From Clostridia bacterium (GTDB lineage: Bacteria > Bacillota > Clostridia > Christensenellales > Aristaeellaceae), in contig JAFXDB010000162.1 in the NCBI GenBank assembly GCA_017516305.1, positions 1 to 56,118 on the forward strand: 56,118 nucleotides of DNA. The letters are read 5' to 3'. The notes under the pieces were generated by a model, which worked only from the letters and a program-made list of their open reading frames with translations, ran no database searches and was not told the DNA's origin. This document shows, one piece after another, positions 47,934 to 56,118 of this stretch (position 1 is the first letter of the stretch; each line of letters starts with the position of its first letter). A program made the translations under genes and the position numbers.

Positions 47934-47976
47934 GGCCCGCCCCCGTTCCCCATCATAACGAAAGGAGGTCCCCCGG

Positions 47977-48681
47977 ATGAACCTGATCGACTGGATCATC
48001 GTCGGTATCCTGGGCATATCCGTGCTTTTCGGGATGTACCGCGGCTTTGTCAGCAGCGTGCTGAACATGGGCGGCGGGCTGTGCTCCTTCTTCGGGGCCT
48101 TCTGGCTGTACCCGAAGCTGGCAGCCCTCATCCAGCAGAACGAGAGCCTTCGCATGACCCTGGCGCACTACCTGGAGCCCGGCTCCGGCCTGGATCTGGC
48201 GCTGAGCGAATCCTCCGTGTCCGACCTTGGCGCCTCCGGCATCCAGCAGGTGCTGAGCCGGGTCAGCCTCCCCTCTCCGCTGGATTCCATCCTCCAGGTC
48301 AACCTGGAAAGCAGCATCTTCTCCAACCTGAGCATCTCCACCGTGGGTGAATACGTCAACCAGACCATCCTCCAAGCCAGCATCAACATCATCTGCTTCG
48401 TGCTGTGCTTCCTGGTGTCCTATGTGGTCATCTCCACGCTGTTCAACCTCATCCGGGCCGTGTTCCGCTTCCCGCTGCTGAAGCAGCTGGACGGCCTGGC
48501 CGGCGGCGTGTTCGGCCTGCTGCGCGGACTGCTGATCTGCCTGGTCATCTTCACCCTGGTGCCCCTGGTGCAGACCATGGTGCCCCTGGACATGATCGAC
48601 GAGGTGCTGAACGGCAGCGTTCTGGCCCCGGTATTCATGAACGGCAACCTCATCACCGCCATCATGAACGGCGGGCTGTGA
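47977..48681 (+). CDS. cvpA: CvpA-family membrane protein
   Basis: MNLIDWIIVGILGISVLFGMYRGFVSSVLNMGG... N-terminus typical of CvpA. Multi-pass membrane protein. Confidence 0.75.
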   Translation: MNLIDWIIVGILGISVLFGMYRGFVSSVLNMGGGLCSFFGAFWLYPKLAALIQQNESLRMTLAHYLEPGSGLDLALSESSVSDLGASGIQQVLSRVSLPSPLDSILQVNLESSIFSNLSISTVGEYVNQTILQASINIICFVLCFLVSYVVISTLFNLIRAVFRFPLLKQLDGLAGGVFGLLRGLLICLVIFTLVPLVQTMVPLDMIDEVLNGSVLAPVFMNGNLITAIMNGGL

Positions 48682-48697
48682 TCCCCCCACACACAGC

Positions 48698-48741
48698 AAA
48701 ACCCCCGTCCCGGTCAGGAGAAAAGACCGGGACGGGGTTTT
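48698..48741. terminator. bidirectional intrinsic terminator
   Basis: AAAACCCCGTCCCGGTC-aggagaaaa-GACCGGGACGGGGTTTT between convergent genes. Confidence 0.8.
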
Positions 48742-48753
48742 ACTGTGCTGTTT

Positions 48754-49179
48754 TCACCGCGGGCTCATCCCCGTCAGCAGCATCCCCACGATGCCGCCTC
48801 CGGCCACGCCCATGCCCAGATCCGCCAGCCAGGCCGACGCGGACGGCGAGCAGCCCGTCAGGAGTGCGTACACTCCCACGCCCAGCGCCATGTAAACCAG
48901 CCCCAGCAGCGCGCCGCGCAGGAGTCCGCCGTCCTGTCCCCGCCCGACGCCCACAAATACGCCAAAGCCGATGGAAACAAGCTTGAGCACCTGGTTGAAG
49001 ATGCGCACTACGCCATCCGAAGGGCGGATCCACTGCATCAGCAGCGCAAAGACCGCCACCCCCGCCAGGCTCGCCAGCAGCGCCGCGCCCAGCCCCTTCA
49101 GCAGCCGCATCCACACCGGGCCGCCCGCGCGCCGTTTCTTCGTCCGCCCGCCTGTCCGCCGGGCTGTGGTTGCCGTCAT
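48754..49179 (-). CDS. TIGR04086-like small membrane protein
   Basis: Three consecutive ATGs (49179, 49182, 49185) follow AGGAGG. Gly/Leu/Val-rich four-helix membrane protein. Confidence 0.55.
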   Translation of the reverse strand: MTATTARRTGGRTKKRRAGGPVWMRLLKGLGAALLASLAGVAVFALLMQWIRPSDGVVRIFNQVLKLVSIGFGVFVGVGRGQDGGLLRGALLGLVYMALGVGVYALLTGCSPSASAWLADLGMGVAGGGIVGMLLTGMSPR

Positions 49180-49405
49180 CATCATCGCCTCCTGCTCCGT
49201 TTGCCACATGGTATGCAGGCTCCGGGCGCGGTATACCGTCCGCCGGAAGGCAGCTTCCGGCATAGTATTCATGTTTTTTCCCGTTTCCTGTAATTTTTTC
49301 AGGAAAAATCAAATTTACCTATTGACCTGCCACTTGCGTGCAGGCTTATACTCATGCCGTCAACCAGATAAAACGCCACGACAACCCCACCCAGGAGGTA
49401 AACCC

Positions 49406-50137
49406 ATGCTGACCATCACCCAGATGCGCCGCCTGACGGGCGTATCCCGGCGGACGCTGCAGGACTATGATCAACTCGGCCTGCTGAAGCACCGCGACAC
49501 GACCCCCGGCGGTTACTGGCTCTATGCCGAGGAGGATGTGGAGCGCCTGTCCGTCATCCAGATGCTGCACCACTTCGGCTACACCCGGAAGGAGATCCGG
49601 GAGGTCATCGACGACCCGGACATTTCCCTTGTCCAGCTGCTGGACAGGGCCCAGGCTTCCCTGGAGCGCAAGCGCGACCATCTCAGCGGGCTGCTGAACC
49701 ACATCCGCTTCATCCGCCTGCAGCAGGAGCTTCCGCCCATCACCATCCGGGCCATCAACCAGCGCAGCACGGCCTGCAGCCCCATGCCGCTGATGGATGC
49801 GCTGGAAACCCTTACGGGCAGCATGGCCAACAGCGACCTGATGGAGGAGGCGCCGGAGCTTCTGCCGCTTCTTGCCCACATTTCCTGTCTGCTCCTGCTG
49901 GATCAGGAGCCGCCGGACAGCCCTGCCGTTGCCCACTGCGTGGAGAGCCTGCTGCGCCTCGTCCCGGCAGCGCTGGAATGCTCGCCGGAAAGCGCCGCGG
50001 ACAACATGCTGCACTTCCTCCGGGAGCTTGCCGGGGACAACCCCCAAATGGCCGACCGCTGCGCCTGTGCCGCAGAGGCCATCCGCCGGCATGCAAAAGG
50101 CCTCCCCGGGGCCGGAGCCAACGGGAAGGCCGGATAA
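49406..50137 (+). CDS. MerR-family transcriptional regulator
   Basis: CAGGAGG then ATG 49406. MLTITQMRRLTGVSRRTLQDYDQLGLLKH...GYWLYAEEDVERLSVIQMLHHFGYTRKEIREV. Confidence 0.8.
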   Translation: MLTITQMRRLTGVSRRTLQDYDQLGLLKHRDTTPGGYWLYAEEDVERLSVIQMLHHFGYTRKEIREVIDDPDISLVQLLDRAQASLERKRDHLSGLLNHIRFIRLQQELPPITIRAINQRSTACSPMPLMDALETLTGSMANSDLMEEAPELLPLLAHISCLLLLDQEPPDSPAVAHCVESLLRLVPAALECSPESAADNMLHFLRELAGDNPQMADRCACAAEAIRRHAKGLPGAGANGKAG

Positions 50138-50152
50138 TCGCAGGGAAAACCA

Positions 50153-51031
50153 TCACTCTGCCATGTGATGCACATAGGGCATTTCGGGCAGGTCGCCGAA
50201 GCGGTAGAAGGCCGCGGCATTGTCGTGGAAGAAGCGCTGCTTCTCTTCCGCCGTCAGCAGGGGGGACTTGTCCACAAAGTCCCAGGACATGCGGTAGGTG
50301 ATGGCGGTCATGGTTCGGGGGTAATCTGAGCCCCACATGAGCTTCTCCATGCCGCAGACGTCCGCCGCCTCGCGGATAGCCCGCACGGCGGAGGGGTAGG
50401 GATAGAATTCCGAGTTGAACAGCCAGGTGATGCCGCCGCTCTCCATGAACACATTGGGCAGCCGGGCCAGACGCACCTGCTCCAGCCAGCCGGGACGGGT
50501 CACCATGCCGAAGTGGCCGATGGCGATGCGCATTTCCGGCCAGGTCTGCGCCATTTCCCGGAGGGATGCACACTGCACGTCGCCGTCCGCCAGGTCGATG
50601 CTGATGAAGCGGTCGTTCGCCGCCGCGTGGGCAAAGACAGCCGCATGGTGGGTCAGGTCGGGATCGGCCAGACGGCCCGCGCAGAGCTTGATCCCGTCAA
50701 CGCCCTCCACGTCGGGCAGATGACCTCCCATGTCGTCCTCATACAGCGCGCAGACGCGGAAGCGCTCCGGGTACTGCGCCCGCACACGCTTCAGGTACGC
50801 ATCCTGGTTGCCGTCGATGTACTCCTGGGTCACCACGGCAGCCGCCACCTGGGCAAAGTCCATGTTGGCCAGCAGGCGCTCGGCGCTGTTCACGCCGTCG
50901 GTCATGTAGGCGGGGGTCATCTGGCGCACCACGTCGCCGAACATGGCGCGGCCGCCGCCCAGATCATACACGGGCAGGCCGTTGACCCGGCCCTGCTGCT
51001 TCTCCCACAGGTGCAGATGGGCGTCAATCAT
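50153..51031 (-). CDS. amidohydrolase_2 family protein (lactonase/decarboxylase-type metal hydrolase)
   Basis: MIDAHLHLW N-terminal metal motif. 292 aa. Last gene of a three-gene minus-strand operon. Confidence 0.7.
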   Translation of the reverse strand: MIDAHLHLWEKQQGRVNGLPVYDLGGGRAMFGDVVRQMTPAYMTDGVNSAERLLANMDFAQVAAAVVTQEYIDGNQDAYLKRVRAQYPERFRVCALYEDDMGGHLPDVEGVDGIKLCAGRLADPDLTHHAAVFAHAAANDRFISIDLADGDVQCASLREMAQTWPEMRIAIGHFGMVTRPGWLEQVRLARLPNVFMESGGITWLFNSEFYPYPSAVRAIREAADVCGMEKLMWGSDYPRTMTAITYRMSWDFVDKSPLLTAEEKQRFFHDNAAAFYRFGDLPEMPYVHHMAE

Positions 51032-51042
51032 CCTCGTTCACC

Positions 51043-52407
51043 TCACTCGAAGGGGTAGGGGTAATCCGCCAGGTATTCCTCCAGCAGGCCGCACTCGTCG
51101 ATCAGCTTGAACAGCGTGTAACGGGTGCGGTAATCCTTGCCGCAGTGCATGGAACGGCGGATCAGATCATCCGGGATATGCTCCTCCTCCGGGGTCATCT
51201 CGGCATTCAGCTTCATCATCGCCCCGCGGATCCTCTCCAGCGGGGGCATGGCGGCGATGACGGCCTGAATCTCTGCAAACCGCTCCTGGGCACGGCGGAT
51301 GCGCCGCTCCTGCTCCTCCCAGGTGAGGAAGTCGCCGGGGTTCTCGCGCATGATGGCATTGCCGCCCTCCACGCCGTAGCTGTGGCGCATCCAGCGTTCC
51401 CGCTTCTCGCGGCTGATGCGGCGGGCGCGGATGTCATCCAGGTTCAGCTTGCTGAGGTCTTCCCTGGCGAAGCGCTCGAACATGGGCCACACCATCAGCG
51501 TGCTTACGCCCACGGATGCGCCGTGCATCGGGGGCTCCAGGCCCTGCTGCACCATGATCATCTCCCAGTACTGGGCGATGTTGTGCTCAATGGAGGCCAC
51601 AGCGCGGGTGTTGTCGATGATCATGATGGTCACGCCGGCCAGCAGCAGCGCCTCAATAAGGATGCGCATGCCCTCGGGGGTCTTGGCGGCGATGGCGTCC
51701 ACGTTGTCCACCAGGGCGTTGACGGCGTCCGTCACCATCTCCACGCACACGGGGCAGCAGGGCTCATCATTGATGATCGCGCCCAGCTCCCAGTCCACCC
51801 TGGCGATGTACTTGCCCAGCACGTCGCCCACGCCGGAGGCGATCATGGGCAGAGGCGCCGTGGCCAGCACGTCCAGGTCGCAGACGATGATCTCCGGGCA
51901 CACGGCGGGGCGCTGGATCTTGAGTCCCCGGTGCAGCAGCGGCGCCACGGCAGAGGCATAGCCATCCATGGAAGGGGCCGTGCCCACAGACACGAAGGGC
52001 AGCTTCGTCCGCTCGGCGTTGATGCGGGTGGTATCCGTCACCGTGCCGGAGCCCACAGCGATCAGGAACTCCGTCTCCCGGGTGATGGACAGCAGGACTT
52101 CTCCGCAGGAGAGGTCATCGGGCAGCATGTCGCCCTCGCGGTGGATGACGCAGCTCACCACGTCGAACCCGGCGTCCAGCAGAGCCTTCTCCACGTCGGC
52201 GCCCGCCACGGCATAGGTGGTGTCGTCCGCCACCAGCACGCAATGGGTGCCCAGACCGCGCTTGCGGATGTAATCCGGGATGCGGGGCAGCAGGCCGCTG
52301 CCGATGTAAATATCCTTGTCAATGCCGTGGTGCTCGCAGCCGCAGCCGCATTCCACACCAGTGATGGTCATGCGGCAATCCTTGTCATAGGTAACCTTCA
52401 CAGGCAC
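51043..52407 (-). CDS. glycerol-1-phosphate dehydrogenase / iron-containing alcohol dehydrogenase family protein with C-terminal extension
   Basis: GSGTVTDTTRI...VGTAPSMDGYAS...ASGVGDVLGKYIARVDWELG pattern of the AraM/EgsA family. Confidence 0.7.
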   Translation of the reverse strand: MPVKVTYDKDCRMTITGVECGCGCEHHGIDKDIYIGSGLLPRIPDYIRKRGLGTHCVLVADDTTYAVAGADVEKALLDAGFDVVSCVIHREGDMLPDDLSCGEVLLSITRETEFLIAVGSGTVTDTTRINAERTKLPFVSVGTAPSMDGYASAVAPLLHRGLKIQRPAVCPEIIVCDLDVLATAPLPMIASGVGDVLGKYIARVDWELGAIINDEPCCPVCVEMVTDAVNALVDNVDAIAAKTPEGMRILIEALLLAGVTIMIIDNTRAVASIEHNIAQYWEMIMVQQGLEPPMHGASVGVSTLMVWPMFERFAREDLSKLNLDDIRARRISREKRERWMRHSYGVEGGNAIMRENPGDFLTWEEQERRIRRAQERFAEIQAVIAAMPPLERIRGAMMKLNAEMTPEEEHIPDDLIRRSMHCGKDYRTRYTLFKLIDECGLLEEYLADYPYPFE

Positions 52408-52422
52408 TTTTCTCCAACCTCC

Positions 52423-53628
52423 TCAGCGGGTCGTGTCAATGTAATCCTTATTCCAGATGACCGCCGTCTTCATGGGGGCGGCCTTGCAGTAGATTTTGTC
52501 GGCATAGGCGCCCATGGGATCGGCGGTGAACTCCTCCCGGTCGATCAGGCCCACGATCTCGTCATACCGGCTGACGGCCAGCATCTCAATGGCCTTCTCC
52601 ATGTGATCCTGACGGAAATTGATGGAGCCGAAGATCAGGTGGTTCTCAAAGCCGAAGGGCATGGTGTCGAAGGTGACCTTCGGGCCCAGGGAGAAGGAAT
52701 TGTATACGCCGTTGCAGCCCAGGGCCTTGTGCTCAAAGGCGATGGTATGCTCCACATTCGCGCCGCTGACGCCGATGAAGGTGGTGGCGCGGCCGCCCAG
52801 GGCCTCCACAATGGCCCTGGCGCAGTCGGCGGGGTCGGCGAAGCTGTTCACCAGATAGTCCGCCCTGGCCTGCTCCTTGGCAAAGACGACCTTGGGGCTG
52901 TCCTCCGGGCTGCGGCCGACAAAGAGGATCTTCGCCTCCGGGTGGGCCTGACGGATGATATCGCCGATGAACATGCCCGTGGTGCCCAGGCCGAAGATCA
53001 CTGTGCGCTGGAAGATCTCGTCCGCGGCGATGCGGCGGGCCTCCTCCAGGCTGCACTTGTGGCGGCGGGCCGTCTGGCGGAACCAGTGGGCACTGCCTAG
53101 ATCCTCCATACGCTCCAGCTGGAAGAGCATGCACGCGAAGGGGTCGGGGAACACCATCTTCTTGGCGAAGGACAGGGCCAGCTTGCCGTCCTTCACGTAG
53201 CCGTCCGGGATCCGCAGGAGCATGTCGGGGTTGACGTACATGGCGTCGGAGAACAGGCCGTCAGCCTGATCGCAGCCGTACTCGAAGTAGGTCTCGTCCT
53301 CGGTGTAGCGGGTGGGGTCAATGGAGTCTCCGCCGCGGATGAGCACGATGGCAAAGCGGTTCTGGGAAGGCACCCAGACAACGCCCTCGTGGCCGTTGAT
53401 CAGGCGGTTCGTCCCCGCGGGGAACTTGGGGCCCAGCAGGCCCTTTGCGCCCATGTGCATCAGTTCGTTGTCCGTGCCGCAGAAGCCGCACATCACCGGC
53501 TGCACCAGCACGCCCTCCTTGACGGGCTCGCCGCGCAGGCGCTGCCGGGGCGGGTTGATCAGCTCCACCTCGCCGTAGACCAGGGGGCGCTGGGGGTCAT
53601 TCTGGAAATATGTCGCGTTGACCTTCAT
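52423..53628 (-). CDS. medium-chain (zinc-type) dehydrogenase/reductase, glucose-dehydrogenase-like
   Basis: Start at MKVNATY (ATG 53626-53628, AAGGAG 9 nt upstream). CGFCGTDNELMH zinc-site region. GLGTTGMFIG Rossmann motif. Confidence 0.7.
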   Translation of the reverse strand: MKVNATYFQNDPQRPLVYGEVELINPPRQRLRGEPVKEGVLVQPVMCGFCGTDNELMHMGAKGLLGPKFPAGTNRLINGHEGVVWVPSQNRFAIVLIRGGDSIDPTRYTEDETYFEYGCDQADGLFSDAMYVNPDMLLRIPDGYVKDGKLALSFAKKMVFPDPFACMLFQLERMEDLGSAHWFRQTARRHKCSLEEARRIAADEIFQRTVIFGLGTTGMFIGDIIRQAHPEAKILFVGRSPEDSPKVVFAKEQARADYLVNSFADPADCARAIVEALGGRATTFIGVSGANVEHTIAFEHKALGCNGVYNSFSLGPKVTFDTMPFGFENHLIFGSINFRQDHMEKAIEMLAVSRYDEIVGLIDREEFTADPMGAYADKIYCKAAPMKTAVIWNKDYIDTTR

Positions 53629-53681
53629 GGTTTCGCTCTCCTTCATCGTCCGCCGGGCGGACAGGCTGCATTCTTGCTTAG

Positions 53682-53710
53682 ATTATACCTGTTGCGGGCG
53701 GGGATGTCAA
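53682..53710 (-). promoter_or_regulatory. sigma-A promoter (perfect consensus) of the dehydrogenase operon
   Basis: Minus strand: TTGACA (53710-53705), 17-nt spacer, TATAAT (53687-53682). Confidence 0.65.
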
Positions 53711-53756
53711 CGCAGGGGGGCAGAGAATCACGGGGAATCCGATAGAAAGAATCATA

Positions 53757-53786
53757 GAAAAAGACCGTCGGCGCGGGCGGTCTTTG
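53757..53786 (-). terminator. hairpin with T-run on the minus strand, upstream of the operon promoter
   Basis: AGACCG-tcggcgcggg-CGGTCT. The minus-strand reading ends in TTTTTCT. Confidence 0.5.
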
Positions 53787-53804
53787 ATAAGGAGGGACCT
53801 GCCA

Positions 53805-53990
53805 ATGGGAAAAAAGCTTCATGGGGCTGCACTGATCAATCACAATCTCAAAGAATTCGGCGGAGGCAGTATGCAAGCCGGACTTGAACGCCTTGCATCC
53901 GATCAATGGCACGACGGATACAAGAAAGGAACACAACATGCCCTTTCACGTCTTCTTCGGTTCATTTTCATTCGGCGATCCACAAAGTAA
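53805..53990 (+). CDS. small hypothetical protein (61 aa)
   Basis: AAGGAGGG 8 nt upstream of ATG 53805. No family recognised. GC lower than the surroundings. Confidence 0.35.
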   Translation: MGKKLHGAALINHNLKEFGGGSMQAGLERLASDQWHDGYKKGTQHALSRLLRFIFIRRSTK

Positions 53991-54026
53991 ACAGCTGATA
54001 GCTTACATACAAGGAGGAACATGACC

Positions 54027-54329
54027 ATGGATTGGTTCAGCAACCTGTTTGGTAAAAAAGAAAACGCCCAAAGCTGGGAAGAACGAAATGCCTGGGATGG
54101 CAGCGGCGAGCAGGCGTGCCCCCGTTGCGGCGAGCAGATGACGAAACGCTACAACTTCAGCGGCTGGTGGTGCAATAACTGCCAGTCCGGCCTCGATGAT
54201 GACGATCTGGACGACGATGGCGAATCCCTCAGTGTCTACGACGCTGCCCTCATCTGGGCTTCGCACGGCAGGGACGAAGATTACATGTTCGGCTACTCCG
54301 AAGACGAATTAGAAGACTCTCTTTCCTGA
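54027..54329 (+). CDS. small zinc-ribbon protein with acidic tail
   Basis: AAGGAGGA then ATG 54021/54027. CPRCG...CNNC, followed by DDDDLDDDGE and EDELED stretches. Confidence 0.55.
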   Translation: MDWFSNLFGKKENAQSWEERNAWDGSGEQACPRCGEQMTKRYNFSGWWCNNCQSGLDDDDLDDDGESLSVYDAALIWASHGRDEDYMFGYSEDELEDSLS

Positions 54330-54401
54330 CCCCCTTGCCACCCACCCCATTCCGCGCTATAATGGAGGTACCATCCCCCACGAAAGCGAGGCGCCGCCGC
54401 C

Positions 54402-54809
54402 ATGCCCGGATTCCGCAGCAATGACAAGGATTCCCCCGACTTCCGGCTGTACTGCGGCATATTCCTTGTGGTGTGTTTCTTTGTGGGGATGTTCAACTGG
54501 CTGACCGCGCCCCGCAACCAGGTGCGGCTGGAAAAGGCGGAGGCCGCCACGGCCGCCCCCTGGGTCAGCACAGAATCCGCCACCGCCATCCCCACGGAGA
54601 CGCCGTCACCCGCCACCGATGATGCAGCCGCTCCGACCGAGGGAGCCGTCACCGGCACATGGGTGCTCAACACCAGCTCAAAGCGCTTCCACCTGCCCGA
54701 CTGCAGCAGCGTGCCCACCATCAAGGAGAGCAACCGCAGCGAATTCACCGGCCCGCGGGAGACGCTCATCGAGCAGGGATACAAGCCATGCGGCGCATGC
54801 AAGCCATAA
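54402..54809 (+). CDS. membrane-anchored protein with Ada-type Cys4 metal-binding domain
   Basis: TM helix LYCGIFLVVCFFVGMF. C-terminal KRFHLPDCSSVPTIKESNRSEFTGPRETLIEQGYKPCGACKP matches the Ada zinc-binding pattern FH.P.C......N...F......A...GY.PC..C.P. Confidence 0.65.
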   Translation: MPGFRSNDKDSPDFRLYCGIFLVVCFFVGMFNWLTAPRNQVRLEKAEAATAAPWVSTESATAIPTETPSPATDDAAAPTEGAVTGTWVLNTSSKRFHLPDCSSVPTIKESNRSEFTGPRETLIEQGYKPCGACKP

Positions 54810-54814
54810 GCAAA

Positions 54815-54860
54815 ACAAAAAAGGACGCGTCCCCCGGCATATCGGAGGCGCGTCCTTTGT
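54815..54860. terminator. bidirectional intrinsic terminator
   Basis: AAAAAAGGACGCG ... CGCGTCCTTTGT between convergent genes. Confidence 0.7.
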
Positions 54861-54874
54861 CATATGTCAAAAAA

Positions 54875-55834
54875 TCAGCGTTCCTTGGCGTACCATTCCT
54901 GCACGACCTTCTCGGCCTTCTTGCCGACAATGGAGAAGCCCATCTCCGGCTGCTTCTGGGGCAGGTTGGTGTACCAGTCCCACCAGAAGAAGCCCGCAAA
55001 CCAGGGCTCGTTCCACATGGCCCGCATGCAGGATTCGTAGAAGTTCGCCTGCTCATCCTCGTCGTAGGGGAAGTCGGTGTGGGTGAAGTCATAGGGCATC
55101 ATGGCGCAGCCCCGGGCGCTGCGGCAGCCGATCTCCATGAAGATGATCTGCTTTCCGCTGTGCATGCGGGACAGCTCCGCCAGGCGCTCCTTCTGCGCCT
55201 CCCAGTGGGCCTGCATAGCTTCAAGGCTCGCGCCGGGCTCGTCCGCCACGCGGTAATACGCAGAGGTACCGATATAGTCCACCGCGTCCCACCACTTCAC
55301 GCCGAACTCCTTGCCATGGTTGGTGTTGTAGGTCAGGGGGCCGTGGTACACCTCGCGCACGGCAGCAATGGCCTTGCGCCAGTATTCCTCCTTGCGCTCC
55401 GTGCCCAGCATTTCGCAGCCTACGCAGAACATTTCGCACCCGGTCTCCTCGGCGATCTCCGCATAGTGGCAGAGGAAGGCAGTGTAGTTAGCGAACCACT
55501 CCTTCCACTCGGTATCCTCGCCCCATTCCTTGTCCGGGAAGCCGATGTGGGCACGCCAGACGCCGTCGGCACAGTTGACCATGGGCTTCATGCAGACCTT
55601 CAGCCCCTGGGCATGCAGCCGCGCGACCGCCGTCGCCACGTCCTTGTCGGTGACGGTGTAGCGGTAATCCGGGCGGATGGAGGTGGAATAGAAATGATCC
55701 TGCCGGATGACGAAGGCCAGCGCCGCCCAGTCGCCGCCCAGCCCCGCCAGCCGCTGGATGGAAGCCTCCGATTCCGGGGTCTGATACATGCCCCGGCGGC
55801 CATCGAAGCCATAGGTGAATCCCTTGATAAACAT
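54875..55834 (-). CDS. TIM-barrel glycoside hydrolase (clan GH-A, GH113-like)
   Basis: 319 aa. MFIKGFTYGF...ESEASIQRLAGLGGDWAALAF...GLKVCMKPMVNCADGVWRAHIGF...FCVGCEM pattern. Exact family not certain. Confidence 0.6.
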   Translation of the reverse strand: MFIKGFTYGFDGRRGMYQTPESEASIQRLAGLGGDWAALAFVIRQDHFYSTSIRPDYRYTVTDKDVATAVARLHAQGLKVCMKPMVNCADGVWRAHIGFPDKEWGEDTEWKEWFANYTAFLCHYAEIAEETGCEMFCVGCEMLGTERKEEYWRKAIAAVREVYHGPLTYNTNHGKEFGVKWWDAVDYIGTSAYYRVADEPGASLEAMQAHWEAQKERLAELSRMHSGKQIIFMEIGCRSARGCAMMPYDFTHTDFPYDEDEQANFYESCMRAMWNEPWFAGFFWWDWYTNLPQKQPEMGFSIVGKKAEKVVQEWYAKER

Positions 55835-55913
55835 GCGTATTGTCCTCCTCCGGCAAAAGCCGGGTATTTGTTCTGTGACTTATTCGCCGCGGGGGACAGA
55901 GTTCCTGCCGGAG

Positions 55914-55945
55914 GGAATGAATTCGTTGAATGAAATTGAATGTCG
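55914..55945. repeat. AT-rich short-period repeat patch (degenerate relative of the heptamer arrays)
   Basis: GAATGAATTCGTTGAATGAAATTGAATG. TTGAATG occurs twice and GAATTC once. Lies ~80-110 nt upstream of the GH gene start. Confidence 0.5.
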
Positions 55946-55950
55946 GACAA

Positions 55951-56046
55951 CGCGTGTGCTCCCTCAGTCAGCGAGCAAGCTCGCTGCCAGCTCCCTCTCG
56001 GAGGGAGCTGTCGCCCGCAGGCGACTGAGGGAGAATGCGCGAGCTG
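55951..56046 (-). repeat. mosaic hairpin repeat, family 1, copy D (minimal form)
   Basis: CTCCCTCAGTCAGCGAGCAAGCTCGCTGCCAGCTCCCTCTCGGAGGGAGCTGTCGCCCGCAGGCGACTGAGGGAG. Both terminal modules are joined by a single central hairpin. Confidence 0.85.
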
Positions 56047-56118
56047 TTGTTGTGACCTGCCGCACAGAATCAGACGGCATCCTCCTCCTGCAGCATCCAA
56101 CAACGAAAAGGCTTGGAC

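Noticed and set aside
966-56046. CRISPR array interpretation of the repeated palindromic sequences
   Set aside because: The repeats are not regularly spaced by unique spacers of constant length. Copies are kilobases apart, each is an internally palindromic mosaic, and no cas genes are present.
1-56118. Prophage, integrative element or classical defence island
   Set aside because: No integrase, recombinase, transposase, tRNA attachment site or phage structural genes were seen. Apart from small patches (44280-44755, 53650-54100), GC content is uniform.

Overview
GC-rich (about two-thirds G+C by eye) chromosomal segment, probably from a spore-forming high-GC member of the Clostridia (SpoIID-, YunB- and Spo0A-type genes; inference only). 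It holds about 40 credible genes, mostly housekeeping: gltX (3' part), an ECF S-component, threonine aldolase, aroF-aroB, GH43 plus an AraC regulator, a SpoIID-like protein, flotillin, an extended sigma-70 factor, typA, prfC, smc, yunB, PBP1A, comEC, an SNF2 helicase, a Qnr-like pentapeptide protein, an L,D-transpeptidase, cvpA, a MerR regulator and a dehydrogenase/dehydrogenase/amidohydrolase operon. I saw no rRNA, tRNA, CRISPR array, integrase or transposase. Four things stand out. (1) The best candidate for a new system is a 1860-aa DUF4011 / SF1 helicase / restriction-endonuclease-fold / DUF3320 protein (Hhe-like architecture). About 880 residues are inserted between its Walker A and Walker B motifs. 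It is translationally coupled to an unassignable Cys-rich protein that carries an in-frame (AATTCCG)4 heptanucleotide repeat. (2) Related AT-rich heptamer arrays occur at four more sites, mostly just upstream of start codons. (3) A Phe/Tyr-rich leader peptide (MLRSYFFAFTFPAAYF...), an intrinsic terminator and a palindromic operator precede the DAHP synthase gene, whose own start codon looks non-canonical. (4) A superfamily of mosaic hairpin-concatemer intergenic repeats is present in three related families and seven copies, roughly 1.5 kb in total. Many long ORFs in the six-frame track are antisense shadows of GC-rich genes and were rejected.
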